Origin: a bacterium
GTDB taxonomy: Bacteria > Vulcanimicrobiota > Vulcanimicrobiia > Vulcanimicrobiales > Vulcanimicrobiaceae
Assembly (NCBI GenBank): GCA_021794175.1
Contig: JAJYRI010000004.1
Location: forward strand, 667-64,666
DNA: 64,000 nt
Reading direction: 5' to 3'
The notes beneath the pieces were generated by a model, which saw only the letters and a list, made by a program, of their open reading frames with translations, was not told the DNA's origin and ran no database searches. The position numbers were made by a program, and so were the translations under genes. Shown here in pieces: positions 28,370 through 38,148 of this stretch. Position 1 is the stretch's first letter. Each line of letters begins with the position of its first letter.

Positions 28370-29251
28370 CTATTTCCCTCCGGATCGCAGCCGACGGAGT
28401 TGCATCGCATGATTGAAGCGCACGATCTCCTCGCGCGAATAGCCGTCGAGATTGGTAAACTCGACACCATAGGAGTTGCGCCCCTCAACCGGAGCGAGCT
28501 TAGCGACGACTTGAGCCCGAGCAAAAATCTGATCGAAGGATCGCCGATTATCGGGGACGCGCACGCGACGCGGACCGAACGGCGTTATTTCCGTCCGCTC
28601 TCCGCCCTTGGGGAAGACGTCGAGTACGTCGTTGGGGAGCGTGAATCGTAACTCGATCTCGCTGCCGTCTTCGATCGTGTCGCCGCAGACGAGTCGGATT
28701 CCGCCGGCGCTCACATCGGCGCAAAAACCGCTGATCCATACCGAGCCAGGTCGACGAAAGGAGATCGGAAACGAGACGCTCTGCCGGAGATCCTTGCGAC
28801 GTTGATCGTTCTGCGCGGGAGGTTTCTCGTCGCGTGCATGCGATCGTGCGGCCGCCTCGCGTCGCTGCAATTCCATGATTTCGGCATGGAGTTGCTTGCG
28901 TTCGGCGGGCGAAATGCCGTCGAAGGTAATACCGTACTCGTATCCCGCACCATCGGAGGGAGATCTTCGCCCGGCAACGTGGCCCCGAAGGCGCAATGCA
29001 GAGCCGCTCCCGCGCCGCAATTCAAAACGGACGACGCACTCGCGGTCGAGCAAGACCAGCGATCGAATGCGACAACCCGTCTCGGAAATATCGATCAGCG
29101 TCCCGAAAACCTGGGCCGCTTTGCCGCCGGCCTCAAACGAAATGGGGATCTCGAGCGACTGTCTAAAAGCCGTCCGTTTCGGAGTTGCATTCTCGCCGCC
29201 CGAGCGCGGAGGGTTTCCGGAGCCGCCCGAACCTCGCGTAATCCAGGACAT
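28370..29251 (-). CDS. tandem PilZ-domain protein (putative c-di-GMP receptor)
   Basis: Two copies of the RxxxR ... D(I/V)SxxG pattern: KRTAFRQSL...LIDISETGCRI and QRRKDLRQSV...CADVSAGGIRL. Confidence 0.7.
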   Translation of the reverse strand: MSWITRGSGGSGNPPRSGGENATPKRTAFRQSLEIPISFEAGGKAAQVFGTLIDISETGCRIRSLVLLDRECVVRFELRRGSGSALRLRGHVAGRRSPSDGAGYEYGITFDGISPAERKQLHAEIMELQRREAAARSHARDEKPPAQNDQRRKDLRQSVSFPISFRRPGSVWISGFCADVSAGGIRLVCGDTIEDGSEIELRFTLPNDVLDVFPKGGERTEITPFGPRRVRVPDNRRSFDQIFARAQVVAKLAPVEGRNSYGVEFTNLDGYSREEIVRFNHAMQLRRLRSGGK

Positions 29252-29347
29252 AGCCGACCTATTTAGGGAGCGGCTCGCGAGAACCCTTATTGCTCCTCCG
29301 GTCGGCGCCGCGAGGGGCGTGCCCCCGCGGCCCGGCCGGCTGCCGTG

Positions 29348-30442
29348 TTAGAGCGAGGACCACACCTCGAGCTTGCGTTTGACGCCGTCGATGACGGCAT
29401 CGGTGAACTCGGTGGTCGTGGCGTGGCCGCCGAGATCCGCGGTTGCGGTGCCGCTGTGGATCGCTTCGAGGGAGGCTTCGTAGATCGCACGTGAGGCATT
29501 GCTGGCGCGGCGGTCGTCGATGTACCCGAGCATCGCTCCCGCCGCCAAGATCATCGCCAGTGGGTTCGCGACGTTCTTTCCGAAAAGGCGGGGCGCCGTG
29601 CCGTGCGGGGCCTCCGCCATGACGATACTGGGCTTGAAGGCCTCGCCCGCTTCCGGGGAGCCCTCGAAGGAGAGCAGGACCGATTCCGCTCCGGCGATCG
29701 AACCGAAGAGTTGCATGACGAAATCGGAGAGGCAATCGCCATCGCGGTTGAGCGATGGAATGACGAGCGGATCGTCCCCGACCGAACTCAAAAGCAACGC
29801 GTAGGTCGCATCGATGAGCTGCGGTTCGTAAGGGATATCTTTATTCCGTGCGGCCGCCGCGTCCATCTCTTCTTTGAGCATGCCTTCGTAGACCGGGCTG
29901 ACCGTGTACTTCGGGCCGCCGAAGACCCGCCCGCCGACTTTGCGTGCGTGCGCAAACGAATACTCCGAGACGTACCGACAGATCGTGCGCGAGATCGATT
30001 CGGTCCGATAGGCGATCTCGTCGCCGTCGGCGCTCTCGCGCCATTCCTTAGCGCCGTACGCATCGCCGACCGCCATGCGCACGACGGCGATCGGCGCGTG
30101 GATGCCGCCGACCGGGCGTACGCGCGGTAGGCGACGACCGGTACGGACGATGACCTTTCCGTCGATCTCTTTGCGTAGGATCGCGTTGGGCGATCCGACA
30201 TCGTCGCGCTGCTCGGGGGTGATCGTTGCGGCCTTGATGCCGAAGCGATGTTTTCGCATCGCCGCGGCTGCCTCGTGGACCACCGCATTATTGCCTTTGC
30301 GACGGTTTTCGAGTGAGAGGTCGAAGCGAAGAAGATCGAGTTCGAGGTCGATCGTCTCGCGCGCGATCACGCGTAACGATTCCTCTAGTAATTCCTGTCC
30401 GGTTTGATCGCCCTCGAGGACGACGACGGTTGGCTTGCTCAA
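29348..30442 (-). CDS. isocitrate/isopropylmalate dehydrogenase family protein
   Basis: TTG start with GAGGAG 6 nt upstream. 364 aa with the beta-decarboxylating dehydrogenase pattern (LNRDGDCLSDF..., MAEAPHGTAP). Substrate not assignable. Confidence 0.7.
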   Translation of the reverse strand: MSKPTVVVLEGDQTGQELLEESLRVIARETIDLELDLLRFDLSLENRRKGNNAVVHEAAAAMRKHRFGIKAATITPEQRDDVGSPNAILRKEIDGKVIVRTGRRLPRVRPVGGIHAPIAVVRMAVGDAYGAKEWRESADGDEIAYRTESISRTICRYVSEYSFAHARKVGGRVFGGPKYTVSPVYEGMLKEEMDAAAARNKDIPYEPQLIDATYALLLSSVGDDPLVIPSLNRDGDCLSDFVMQLFGSIAGAESVLLSFEGSPEAGEAFKPSIVMAEAPHGTAPRLFGKNVANPLAMILAAGAMLGYIDDRRASNASRAIYEASLEAIHSGTATADLGGHATTTEFTDAVIDGVKRKLEVWSSL

Positions 30443-30478
30443 AAGAACTCCTCGTACGATGACGAATGAAATCGCCCA

Positions 30479-32656
30479 ATGGCACGCGTGCGTCGTAAGG
30501 CAAGTTCGAGAGATCGCCTAAACTCGGAGATCGTCGGGCTTCTTGCGCTCGGATGCGCGCTGCTCTTCGGAATCGCGTTGGCGCTACCGCAGCATTCCGG
30601 CGAGATCGGGCGTTGGGGCGCCACGACGTTGCATCGCATCTTTGGTGATGGAGCCCCGCTTTTCCCGGTGCTGATTGCCCTGATCGGCGCGATCGTCTTT
30701 CTCGAAATCGACGTTCCGCGCTTGATTGCGACCTATGGCGGAGCGGCGTTTGCATACTTTTTACTCGCCGATGCGGCTCTCGGGGCCCGCAGCGACCGCT
30801 CGGGTGGGATTCTGGGCTCGGCGATCTGGTGGATGCTCCATCGCCTCGTCGGCGGGTTCGGCGGTGCCCTTTTCCTGATTTTATCGGCTCTGGTGCTGAC
30901 GATGTGGCTCGCGAACCTCCGTCTGAAGCCGGTTCTCGGCCTCCTCGGCGCGCTCTTCGCCAGGATCCGGTTCCCACAGATCCGGCTCCCCGAGATCGAA
31001 TTTCCGCAGTGGCGGCTGCCGAATTTCTCTCGGCCGGCGTTGCCCGCGCCCGAGCCCCCGCGGAGCGCTACTCCGGAGAGCGTCGCTCGCCCCGAGCGCG
31101 TTCCCTACGACGAGTCGGCGCAATATGTCGAGCCGCCGCGGGCCCCGGTGCCGGCGCGAGTTTCGGTGCCCCCGCTCGAAGGAGAGTACCAGGCGCCCGA
31201 CCCGGCTGCGCGCGCGCGCACCTATCGGCTGCCCGATCTCTCCCTGTTCGATCCGCCCGTGCGGCAAGTCATCGACGAAACCAATCGCGCGCACGTACTC
31301 GAAGATACGCTCGCCTCGTTCGGCGTCGGTGCGAAGGTGATGCATATCGAGCGTGGGCCGTCGATCACGCGATACGAATTGCGACCGGAGCGGGGCGTCA
31401 AGATCTCGCGCATCGCCTCGCTCGCCGACGATCTCGCGCTCGCTCTCGCCGCGACCAGCGTCCGCATCGAGGCCCCGATTCCCGGAAAATCCGCCGTCGG
31501 GATCGAGGTTCCCAACGCGAACGTCTCCGTCGTCGCGATTCGCGAGATTCTCGAGGCGCTTCCCAATCGGGGACAGATTCCGCCGCTGTGGATGGCTTTA
31601 GGGAAAGATATCACCGGGCGGCCGGTCTTCGGCGACCTCGGGAAGATGCCGCATCTCCTGGTCGCCGGTGCGACCGGTTCGGGGAAATCGGTCTGCCTGA
31701 ACACCATCGTTGCATCGTTGCTCGTCGCGGCGACGCCCGATCAAGTGCAGATCCTCATGATCGATCCGAAACGCGTCGAGTTAACCGTCTATAACGGTAT
31801 TCCGCATCTCATCAAAGAGGTGATTACCGATCCCAAAGTGGCCGCCGGGGCATTGTTGGAGATGACGCGCGAGATGGATGCGCGCTACGAACGCTTTGCG
31901 AAAGCCGGCGTCCGAAAAATCGAAGAGTACAACGCCAAATATCCCGATGAACGCCTGCCGTTCGTGGTGATTATCATCGACGAACTCGCCGATCTCATGC
32001 TCGTTGCGCCGTCGCGCGTCGAGACGACGATCATGCGGTTGGCGCAGCTCGCGCGCGCAACGGGTATCCACCTGATCGTTGCGACGCAGCGCCCGTCGGT
32101 CGACGTTATTACCGGGCTGATCAAAGCGAATATCCCGTCGCGCATCGCGTTTGCGGTGAGTTCGCAAGTCGATTCGCGTACGATTCTCGATCAAGCCGGC
32201 GCCGAGCGCCTGCTCGGGCGCGGCGATATGCTCTTTTTGCCGATCGATGCCCCCAAACCGATGCGCGCACAGGGTGCGTTGATCTCCGGGCCGGAGGTGA
32301 CGCGTTTGGTCGAATTTTGGGCGCGACAGGCACGCCCGGAGAATTTACTCGAAGTCGAATTGGTCCCGCTCACCGATGAGGAAGAGAACGGCAAGCGCGA
32401 GGTCGATTCGCTGTGCTACGATGCAGCGAAGTTTATTATCGAAACGAACGTCGCTTCGACTGCGGCGTTGCAGGCGCAATTTTCGATCGGACATCCGCGC
32501 GCGGTGCGCGTGATGAAGCAGCTCGAGGATTTCGGGGTCGTCGGCCCGCACGAAGGGACGAAGCCGCGTAAGATCGGGCTCTCGCTCGGCGATCTCGAAT
32601 TGCTCGCACCGCGAATGGGCAAAGGCGAAGGCTCGCAACAAGGGCTCTTCGACTGA
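30479..32656 (+). CDS. ftsK: DNA translocase FtsK/SpoIIIE
   Basis: Four N-terminal TM helices and a Pro-rich linker. Walker A GATGSGKS, IIIDELADL, and the gamma-domain winged helix LQAQFSIGHPRAVRVMKQLE. Confidence 0.95.
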   Translation: MARVRRKASSRDRLNSEIVGLLALGCALLFGIALALPQHSGEIGRWGATTLHRIFGDGAPLFPVLIALIGAIVFLEIDVPRLIATYGGAAFAYFLLADAALGARSDRSGGILGSAIWWMLHRLVGGFGGALFLILSALVLTMWLANLRLKPVLGLLGALFARIRFPQIRLPEIEFPQWRLPNFSRPALPAPEPPRSATPESVARPERVPYDESAQYVEPPRAPVPARVSVPPLEGEYQAPDPAARARTYRLPDLSLFDPPVRQVIDETNRAHVLEDTLASFGVGAKVMHIERGPSITRYELRPERGVKISRIASLADDLALALAATSVRIEAPIPGKSAVGIEVPNANVSVVAIREILEALPNRGQIPPLWMALGKDITGRPVFGDLGKMPHLLVAGATGSGKSVCLNTIVASLLVAATPDQVQILMIDPKRVELTVYNGIPHLIKEVITDPKVAAGALLEMTREMDARYERFAKAGVRKIEEYNAKYPDERLPFVVIIIDELADLMLVAPSRVETTIMRLAQLARATGIHLIVATQRPSVDVITGLIKANIPSRIAFAVSSQVDSRTILDQAGAERLLGRGDMLFLPIDAPKPMRAQGALISGPEVTRLVEFWARQARPENLLEVELVPLTDEEENGKREVDSLCYDAAKFIIETNVASTAALQAQFSIGHPRAVRVMKQLEDFGVVGPHEGTKPRKIGLSLGDLELLAPRMGKGEGSQQGLFD

Positions 32657-33297
32657 TGCAGCGCTACAAGCGCTCGGCGCTCTATGCCGCCGCAGCACTG
32701 CTATCGTTCGCGGCGGCATGGTGGTTGGGATCTCTCGTGATGAAGTACGGCGAGCCAGCTCCGATCATGACCGTCGCCCATGCGATGGTCGGCGTTCACG
32801 CGCATCTTGCTTGGGACTTCACGTTGATCGCGCGCCCGGAGGTGCTGGCGCCCCTCGGCGTGGCACTCATCGTTGCGGCGTTCATTTTTCGGACCTGGAG
32901 CGGACGCATCGCTTTCTCGCTGATCTCCCTGCTGCTCTCGTGGCGCACCGATGCGTTCTTGCAGCATCTCTTTAAACGCCCGCGGCGCACCGACTGGGTG
33001 ATCCATCACGAGACCTCATTTTCGTATCCGAGTTCGCATGCGGCGATCTCCTGCGGCTTCTATCTGCTGTGGGCGTATCTCATTGCGCGCAGCGAGCTGC
33101 CCGGAAAGCTTCGGCTCACCCTTTCGAGCCTGCTCGTTCTGCTCTGGCCGACGATCCTTTGGTCGCGGCTCGCGCTTGGAGCCCACTATCCAAGCGACCT
33201 ACTCGGCGGCACCTTCGTCGGTTTGGCGGCGGTCTTCGCGCTCGCCGCGGTGGTCGAGACGATAAAGGTGGTAGGCGCCACCTCGCGGCGGGCATAG
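32656..33297 (+). CDS. PAP2-family phosphatase (membrane)
   Basis: KRPRR ... PSSH ... GAHYPSDLLGG is the PAP2 tripartite motif. The start overlaps the ftsK stop (TGATG). Confidence 0.8.
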   Translation: MQRYKRSALYAAAALLSFAAAWWLGSLVMKYGEPAPIMTVAHAMVGVHAHLAWDFTLIARPEVLAPLGVALIVAAFIFRTWSGRIAFSLISLLLSWRTDAFLQHLFKRPRRTDWVIHHETSFSYPSSHAAISCGFYLLWAYLIARSELPGKLRLTLSSLLVLLWPTILWSRLALGAHYPSDLLGGTFVGLAAVFALAAVVETIKVVGATSRRA

Positions 33298-33308
33298 CAT
33301 CGTCGTCA

Positions 33309-34439
33309 ATGAGCGTTGCGACGGTGGCCGGCGACCCTGCGCTGGCGAAGATCGAAGAAAAGATCGCGGCGGGCGATTCGCTTTCGTTTGAAGATGGGCT
33401 GGCGCTCTATGCGACGCGCGATCTTCACACGCTTGGGCGACTGGCTCGCGAGCAAAAACAGAAGAAGAGCGGCGATCGCGTCTATTACGTTTTAAATCGC
33501 TATATCAACTCGACCAATGTTTGCTATGCGGGTTGTACGTTTTGCTCGTTTGCGGCCGACGAGTTCAAGGAAAAAGCGCGCGTCTTTCGGATGACCCCCG
33601 ATCAGGTTTTCGAGAAAGCGACCGAGACCGGTCGGAACTTCAACCAACTTCACATCGTCGGCGGACACGATCCGCGCCAGCTCTCGCTCGATTACTGGCT
33701 GCCGTTGATGCGCCGTTTTAAGGCCGAGTTGCCGTACGTTCAACTCTCGCTCTTTACCGCTGCCGAGATCGATTATATGGCGCGCCGACATCGGTTGAGC
33801 TATCCCGCGATCGTGGCGCAGTTAAAAGAAGCCGGGCTCGACAACGTCAACGGCGGTGCGGCCGAGATTTTTGCGGAGGAGACGCGCAAGAAGATCTGCC
33901 CGAATAAGGTCACCGCGGCGCAATGGCTCGAAGTTCACGAAGAACTTCATCGACAGGGGATCGCGAGCAACGCCACGATGCTCTACGGGCACATCGAGTC
34001 GATCGAGGATCGCATCGACCACCTGATGCGTTTACGCGAATCGCAACGCCGCTCCCCGGGTTTTAATGCGTTCATCCCGCTTGCGTACCATCCCGATGGA
34101 AACGAATTGAGTTACTGCGGTTGGACCGGCGGAATCGACGATATCAAAACTTTTGCCGTCGCGCGCCTGATGCTGGACAACTTCGATCACATCAAAGCCT
34201 ACTGGATGATTCAGGGCCTCCACGTTTGCCAAGTTTCGCTGGAGTTCGGTGCCGATGACATGGACGGCACTCACGGATCGACCGACGAAGAGATGATCTA
34301 CCATGCCGCCGGAACGCGCTCCGGGCAGTATGTCGACGACCGTGAATTTCGTCGCTTAATCGAAAACGCCGGGTACACACCGGTGCGTCGGAATTCGACC
34401 TATCAGACGTTCGCGCACGATTGGAGCCCCGATGCTTAA
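33309..34439 (+). CDS. mqnE: radical SAM aminodeoxyfutalosine synthase (MqnE-type)
   Basis: Start at ATG 33309. NSTNVCYAGCTFCSF radical-SAM cluster. GGAAEIF...ICPNK...WLEVH...SNATMLYGHIE...FIPL. The MqnE versus MqnC assignment is from remembered family patterns. Confidence 0.7.
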   Translation: MSVATVAGDPALAKIEEKIAAGDSLSFEDGLALYATRDLHTLGRLAREQKQKKSGDRVYYVLNRYINSTNVCYAGCTFCSFAADEFKEKARVFRMTPDQVFEKATETGRNFNQLHIVGGHDPRQLSLDYWLPLMRRFKAELPYVQLSLFTAAEIDYMARRHRLSYPAIVAQLKEAGLDNVNGGAAEIFAEETRKKICPNKVTAAQWLEVHEELHRQGIASNATMLYGHIESIEDRIDHLMRLRESQRRSPGFNAFIPLAYHPDGNELSYCGWTGGIDDIKTFAVARLMLDNFDHIKAYWMIQGLHVCQVSLEFGADDMDGTHGSTDEEMIYHAAGTRSGQYVDDREFRRLIENAGYTPVRRNSTYQTFAHDWSPDA

Positions 34440-35265
34440 GTGCGGTCGCATTCAATACACCAACGATCTGCCGATTTTTGCCGCTTTCGACGAGCGCGTC
34501 ATCGAATATCCGGGAACGCTTCACGAAGATGTCCCTACGAGCCTGAATCGGATGTTACTCGCGGGCGAACTCGATCTCGCGCCGATTAGTGCCTTTGCGT
34601 GGGCGCGCAATGCCGACCGCCTCGCGCTGCTTCCCGATCTCTGCATCGGGGCGCGCGATGAAGTCGTCTCGGTCGTTTTGGTCTCGCAGACGCCGCCGGC
34701 TCTGCTCGAAAACGCACAAATCTTCGTAACGCAAGAATCTGCGAGCGGCCGTAATCTCCTTCGGGTGCTGCTCGAGCGTCGTTATTGCATCGCGCCGTCC
34801 TATGTCGAGGACGAACGACCGATCGAACGCGCGCGTCGCGGCTTTCCGGCCCTCTTGATCGGCGATGCGGCGATCGACGCGTTAGAAGCGTTTCCGCGAT
34901 CGCAGGTCTACGATCTCGGCACGCTTTGGCACGAGTGGACCGGGCAACAGACGGTGTTCGCGGTCTGGGCGGCTCGACGCGAGATCGTCGACGAACGTCG
35001 CGAAGAGGTGCGAGCATGTATGGACGCGTTGACCGATGCGCTCACCTGGTCGAAGCGCAATATGCCGACCGTAATCGCCGCAGCGCAGCAACGCTTCAAG
35101 CGCGCTCCCGGCTTCTACGAGGACTACTACGAAAAGCTCAACTTTACGTTCCACTCCGCCGCACGGAGCGGGCTGGCCGCTTATTGCCGCGAGCTTCATG
35201 CAATCGGCGCGATTCCGCAGATTCCCCTCGTCGCACCGGAGGTGACCGATGCCCTCGCTCGTTGA
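34432..35265 (+). CDS. mqnA: chorismate dehydratase (MqnA, futalosine pathway)
   Basis: CGRIQYTNDLPIFAAF...VPTSLNRMLLAGELDLAPISAFAW...LLPDLCIGARDEVVSVVLVS. Sits between two Mqn radical-SAM genes. Confidence 0.75.
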   Translation: MLKCGRIQYTNDLPIFAAFDERVIEYPGTLHEDVPTSLNRMLLAGELDLAPISAFAWARNADRLALLPDLCIGARDEVVSVVLVSQTPPALLENAQIFVTQESASGRNLLRVLLERRYCIAPSYVEDERPIERARRGFPALLIGDAAIDALEAFPRSQVYDLGTLWHEWTGQQTVFAVWAARREIVDERREEVRACMDALTDALTWSKRNMPTVIAAAQQRFKRAPGFYEDYYEKLNFTFHSAARSGLAAYCRELHAIGAIPQIPLVAPEVTDALAR

Positions 35266-36334
35266 TTTGCTCGACCGGGCTGCCGACGGCGGGCGCTTGA
35301 GCTACGATGAAGGCGTTCGCCTCTATCGCGAGGCTTCGCTCCACGATCTCGGCGCGGCGGCGCACGCACGTCGGCTCGCCATGCATCCCGGCGATACCGT
35401 TACCTACGTTATCGATACCACGATTAACTATACGAACGTCTGTAACGTGCACTGTACCTTCTGCGCATTCTTCCGGCCGGAGCAGCACAAAGAGGGATAC
35501 ACGATGTCCCACGACCGGGTGCTCGAGCGCGTGAAATTCGCTGCCGACCAGGGCGCGACGCAAATCATGATTCAGGGTGGGGTGAATCCCGAGCTCGGCG
35601 TCGCATGGTTCGAAGAGTTGTTCGAGCGCGTGCGCCGCGAGTACCCCGCGGTGGATATTCATTCGCTTTCGGTCTCCGAGATCGTCGGAATCGCGAAGGT
35701 GGAAGGCTGCTCGACGCGCGAGGTGTTGCAGCGCTTGCAGGCCGCCGGGCTGAAATCGTTGCCGGGCGCCGGCGCTGAGATTCTGGTAGAGCGGGTTCGC
35801 AAACGTATCTCGGCGCGGAAAGTGGTCCCCGAGGCGTGGATCGGCGTGATGCGCGAAGCCCAGCAACTCGGCATGCCGACCACGGCGACGATGATGTTCG
35901 GATCGATCGAGACTCCCGAGGAGCGGATCGAGCACATGCGCGTGCTGCGCGACCTGCAGGATGAGACGCACGGTTTTACGGCGTTCATTCCATGGTACTA
36001 CGTCCCGTTTAAGACACCGCTGCGCGGCAAAGAGGCGACCGGTCTCGAGTATTTACGCGTGCTCGCGATCTCGCGGCTCTTCCTCGATAATTTCCCGCAC
36101 CTTCAGGCCTCATGGCTCACTCCGGGATTGAAGATGGGGCAACTCGCGCTGCTCTACGGATGCGACGACATGGGCGGCACGATTCTCGAGGAACAGGTCG
36201 TGCATGACGCCGGTTCGACGAATGAAGCAACGCGCCGCGACTTAGAGCATGCGATTATCGGAGCGGGTTTCCGCCCGGTGATTCGCGACACGTATTGGAA
36301 CCTACGTTCGGAGCCTGCGCTCGCGACTGCGTGA
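35249..36334 (+). CDS. mqnC: radical SAM cyclic dehypoxanthinyl futalosine synthase (MqnC-type)
   Basis: SD GGAGGTGA. INYTNVCNVHCTFCAF. QGGVNPEL. FIPWYY. LQASWLTPGLKMGQLALLYGCDDMGGTILEE. Confidence 0.7.
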   Translation: MPSLVDLLDRAADGGRLSYDEGVRLYREASLHDLGAAAHARRLAMHPGDTVTYVIDTTINYTNVCNVHCTFCAFFRPEQHKEGYTMSHDRVLERVKFAADQGATQIMIQGGVNPELGVAWFEELFERVRREYPAVDIHSLSVSEIVGIAKVEGCSTREVLQRLQAAGLKSLPGAGAEILVERVRKRISARKVVPEAWIGVMREAQQLGMPTTATMMFGSIETPEERIEHMRVLRDLQDETHGFTAFIPWYYVPFKTPLRGKEATGLEYLRVLAISRLFLDNFPHLQASWLTPGLKMGQLALLYGCDDMGGTILEEQVVHDAGSTNEATRRDLEHAIIGAGFRPVIRDTYWNLRSEPALATA

Positions 36335-36634
36335 TACGGCGGGCAAGCGAATCGCACCGACGTTGCCAAACGAGTATTCGCCGGATGAAGGTGCGCCGGT
36401 TCTGCACGTTCGCAGCCATTTGGCACTACGGAGCGCCCGACTGACGCCGATGATGGAGTGCTGGCCGTACGGACCCAACGGTCGAAGCTCGCGGCGCGTG
36501 CGACGCGGCTTCATTTCGTGCCAAACCGGCGCCCTTGCATGTCGAGCTCCCGGAGACTGCGGGAATCTTTCGGCGGCGACTCAAATACCGCGGTTCTAGG
36601 GCGAGCTGCGGGTAACTTTTAGGAAAATGAAGAG

Positions 36635-38056
36635 ATGAACGGCAATCCGACGATCATTCAGGGCGGCATGGGCGTCGGCGTTTCGAGCTGGCGGTTGGCC
36701 GGCGCCGTTTCGGGGCTTGGCCAACTCGGCGTTGTTTCGGGGGTGGCTCTCGATCAGATTTTTGCCCGCCGCCTGCAAGATGGTGACCCAGGCGGCCACA
36801 TGCGGCGCGGCGTCGAGCGGTTTCCGTTTCAGCATCTGGTAGAACGCATTTGGAAGACCTATTACATTCCGGGCGGCAGGGCATCAAACCAGCCATACAA
36901 GACGCTGCCGATGCCGGTGAAGCAAAGCCCGGCCAAAATCCAGGTGCTCTGCATGCTCGCGAACTTTGTCGAAGTCTTCCTCGCGCGCGAAGGCCACGAT
37001 AATCCGGTCGGGATCAATTATCTCGAAAAAATCCAGTTCCCACACCTCTCCTCGATCTACGGCGCAATGCTCGCCGGGGTCGGCTATATCCTTATGGGGG
37101 CAGGGATTCCCCTGAAGATTCCCGACGTCATCGATCGGTTCATAAACCACGAAAGCGCAACGTATCCTCTCGCCGTCACTGGAGCTGAAGAGGTTGACGA
37201 TACGACGCTGCGCTTTGCACCTCACGAGTTCATGGAACGCGATCTGCCCCCACTCGAACGTCCGAAGTTTATCGCGATCATCTCGTCAAACACGCTAGCG
37301 ACCACGATGGTGAGAAAAACCGGCGGACGGGTCGATGGCTTCGTCATTGAAGGACCGACGGCGGGAGGGCACAATGCGCCTCCGCGCGGCAAAATGCAAA
37401 TCGACGAAAGCGGAGAGATCGTTTATGGCGAACGCGACAGCGTTGACCTGGAAAAAATACGTGCCTTAGGCCTGCCGTTTTGGCTTGCGGGCGGATATGG
37501 TTCTCCGGAGAAGCTGCGCGAGGCGCTCGCCGCGGGAGCGAAGGGCGTCCAGATCGGAACAGCCTTTGCATTTTGTGCAGAATCGGCGCTACGGGATGAT
37601 TATAAGCGCGCGCTGGTCGGGAAAGCGCTCGCGCACAAAGCACACGTTCGAACCGATCCATTGGCCTCGCCAACGGGGTTCCCATTTAAGGTCGCGCGGC
37701 TAGAGGGCACCTTATCACAGGAAGACGTGTATGAAGACCGCGCGCGCATTTGCGATCTTGGATATCTGCGTGAAGCTTACAAAACGCCATCGGGAAGGAT
37801 CGCTTATCGCTGTCCGAGCGAACCGGTGAATATCTACGTCGCAAAGGGCGGTGATATAGAGAACACCGTCGGGCGCAAGTGTATGTGCAACGCTCTGCTG
37901 GCGGCGGTAGGACTTCCGCAGACGCGTGAAGACGGGCAACTTGAGCCGAGTATCGTTACCTCTGGAGACGACCTGGCTGAGGTCGAGCGTTTCCTTTCGC
38001 CCGGCCGGCTCACATATACCGCAGCCGATGTTATTTCGAAGATGACCGAGGCCTAA
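36635..38056 (+). CDS. nitronate monooxygenase (NMO/2-nitropropane dioxygenase, FabK-related) family flavoprotein
   Basis: PTIIQGGMGVGVSSWRLAGAVSGLGQLGVVSG and EGPTAGGHN. TIM-barrel FMN oxidoreductase pattern. Confidence 0.7.
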   Translation: MNGNPTIIQGGMGVGVSSWRLAGAVSGLGQLGVVSGVALDQIFARRLQDGDPGGHMRRGVERFPFQHLVERIWKTYYIPGGRASNQPYKTLPMPVKQSPAKIQVLCMLANFVEVFLAREGHDNPVGINYLEKIQFPHLSSIYGAMLAGVGYILMGAGIPLKIPDVIDRFINHESATYPLAVTGAEEVDDTTLRFAPHEFMERDLPPLERPKFIAIISSNTLATTMVRKTGGRVDGFVIEGPTAGGHNAPPRGKMQIDESGEIVYGERDSVDLEKIRALGLPFWLAGGYGSPEKLREALAAGAKGVQIGTAFAFCAESALRDDYKRALVGKALAHKAHVRTDPLASPTGFPFKVARLEGTLSQEDVYEDRARICDLGYLREAYKTPSGRIAYRCPSEPVNIYVAKGGDIENTVGRKCMCNALLAAVGLPQTREDGQLEPSIVTSGDDLAEVERFLSPGRLTYTAADVISKMTEA

Positions 38057-38070
38057 ATGGCAAGAGGCTC

Positions 38071-38079
38071 TTGCTTGCT
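38071..38079. repeat. left 9-bp target-site duplication TTGCTTGCT
   Basis: An identical 9-mer flanks the other IS end at 39444-39452. Confidence 0.8.
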
Positions 38080-38106
38080 GGTCGTGCCTTTATAATGCTG
38101 TAAATT
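38080..38106. repeat. IS left terminal inverted repeat
   Basis: GGTCGTGCCTTTATAATGCTGTAAATT against the reverse complement of the right end, AGTCAAGTCCCAAAGTTGCTGTAAATT. 17 of 27 positions are identical, and the inner 11 are perfect. Confidence 0.75.
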
Positions 38107-38148
38107 GAGGGTGGCAAGAAGCCACCGCTTCGGTTCGGAAGATTCATT

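Noticed and set aside
36335-36634. 300-bp gap after mqnC, examined for a tRNA, a riboswitch, a pseudogene fragment or the 78-aa ORF (36363-36599)
   Set aside because: There is no T-loop GGTTCGAAT-type motif, no conserved riboswitch core that I recognise, and the ORFs have poor composition. I leave it as unexplained non-coding DNA. A covariance-model scan (Rfam) would be the decisive test.
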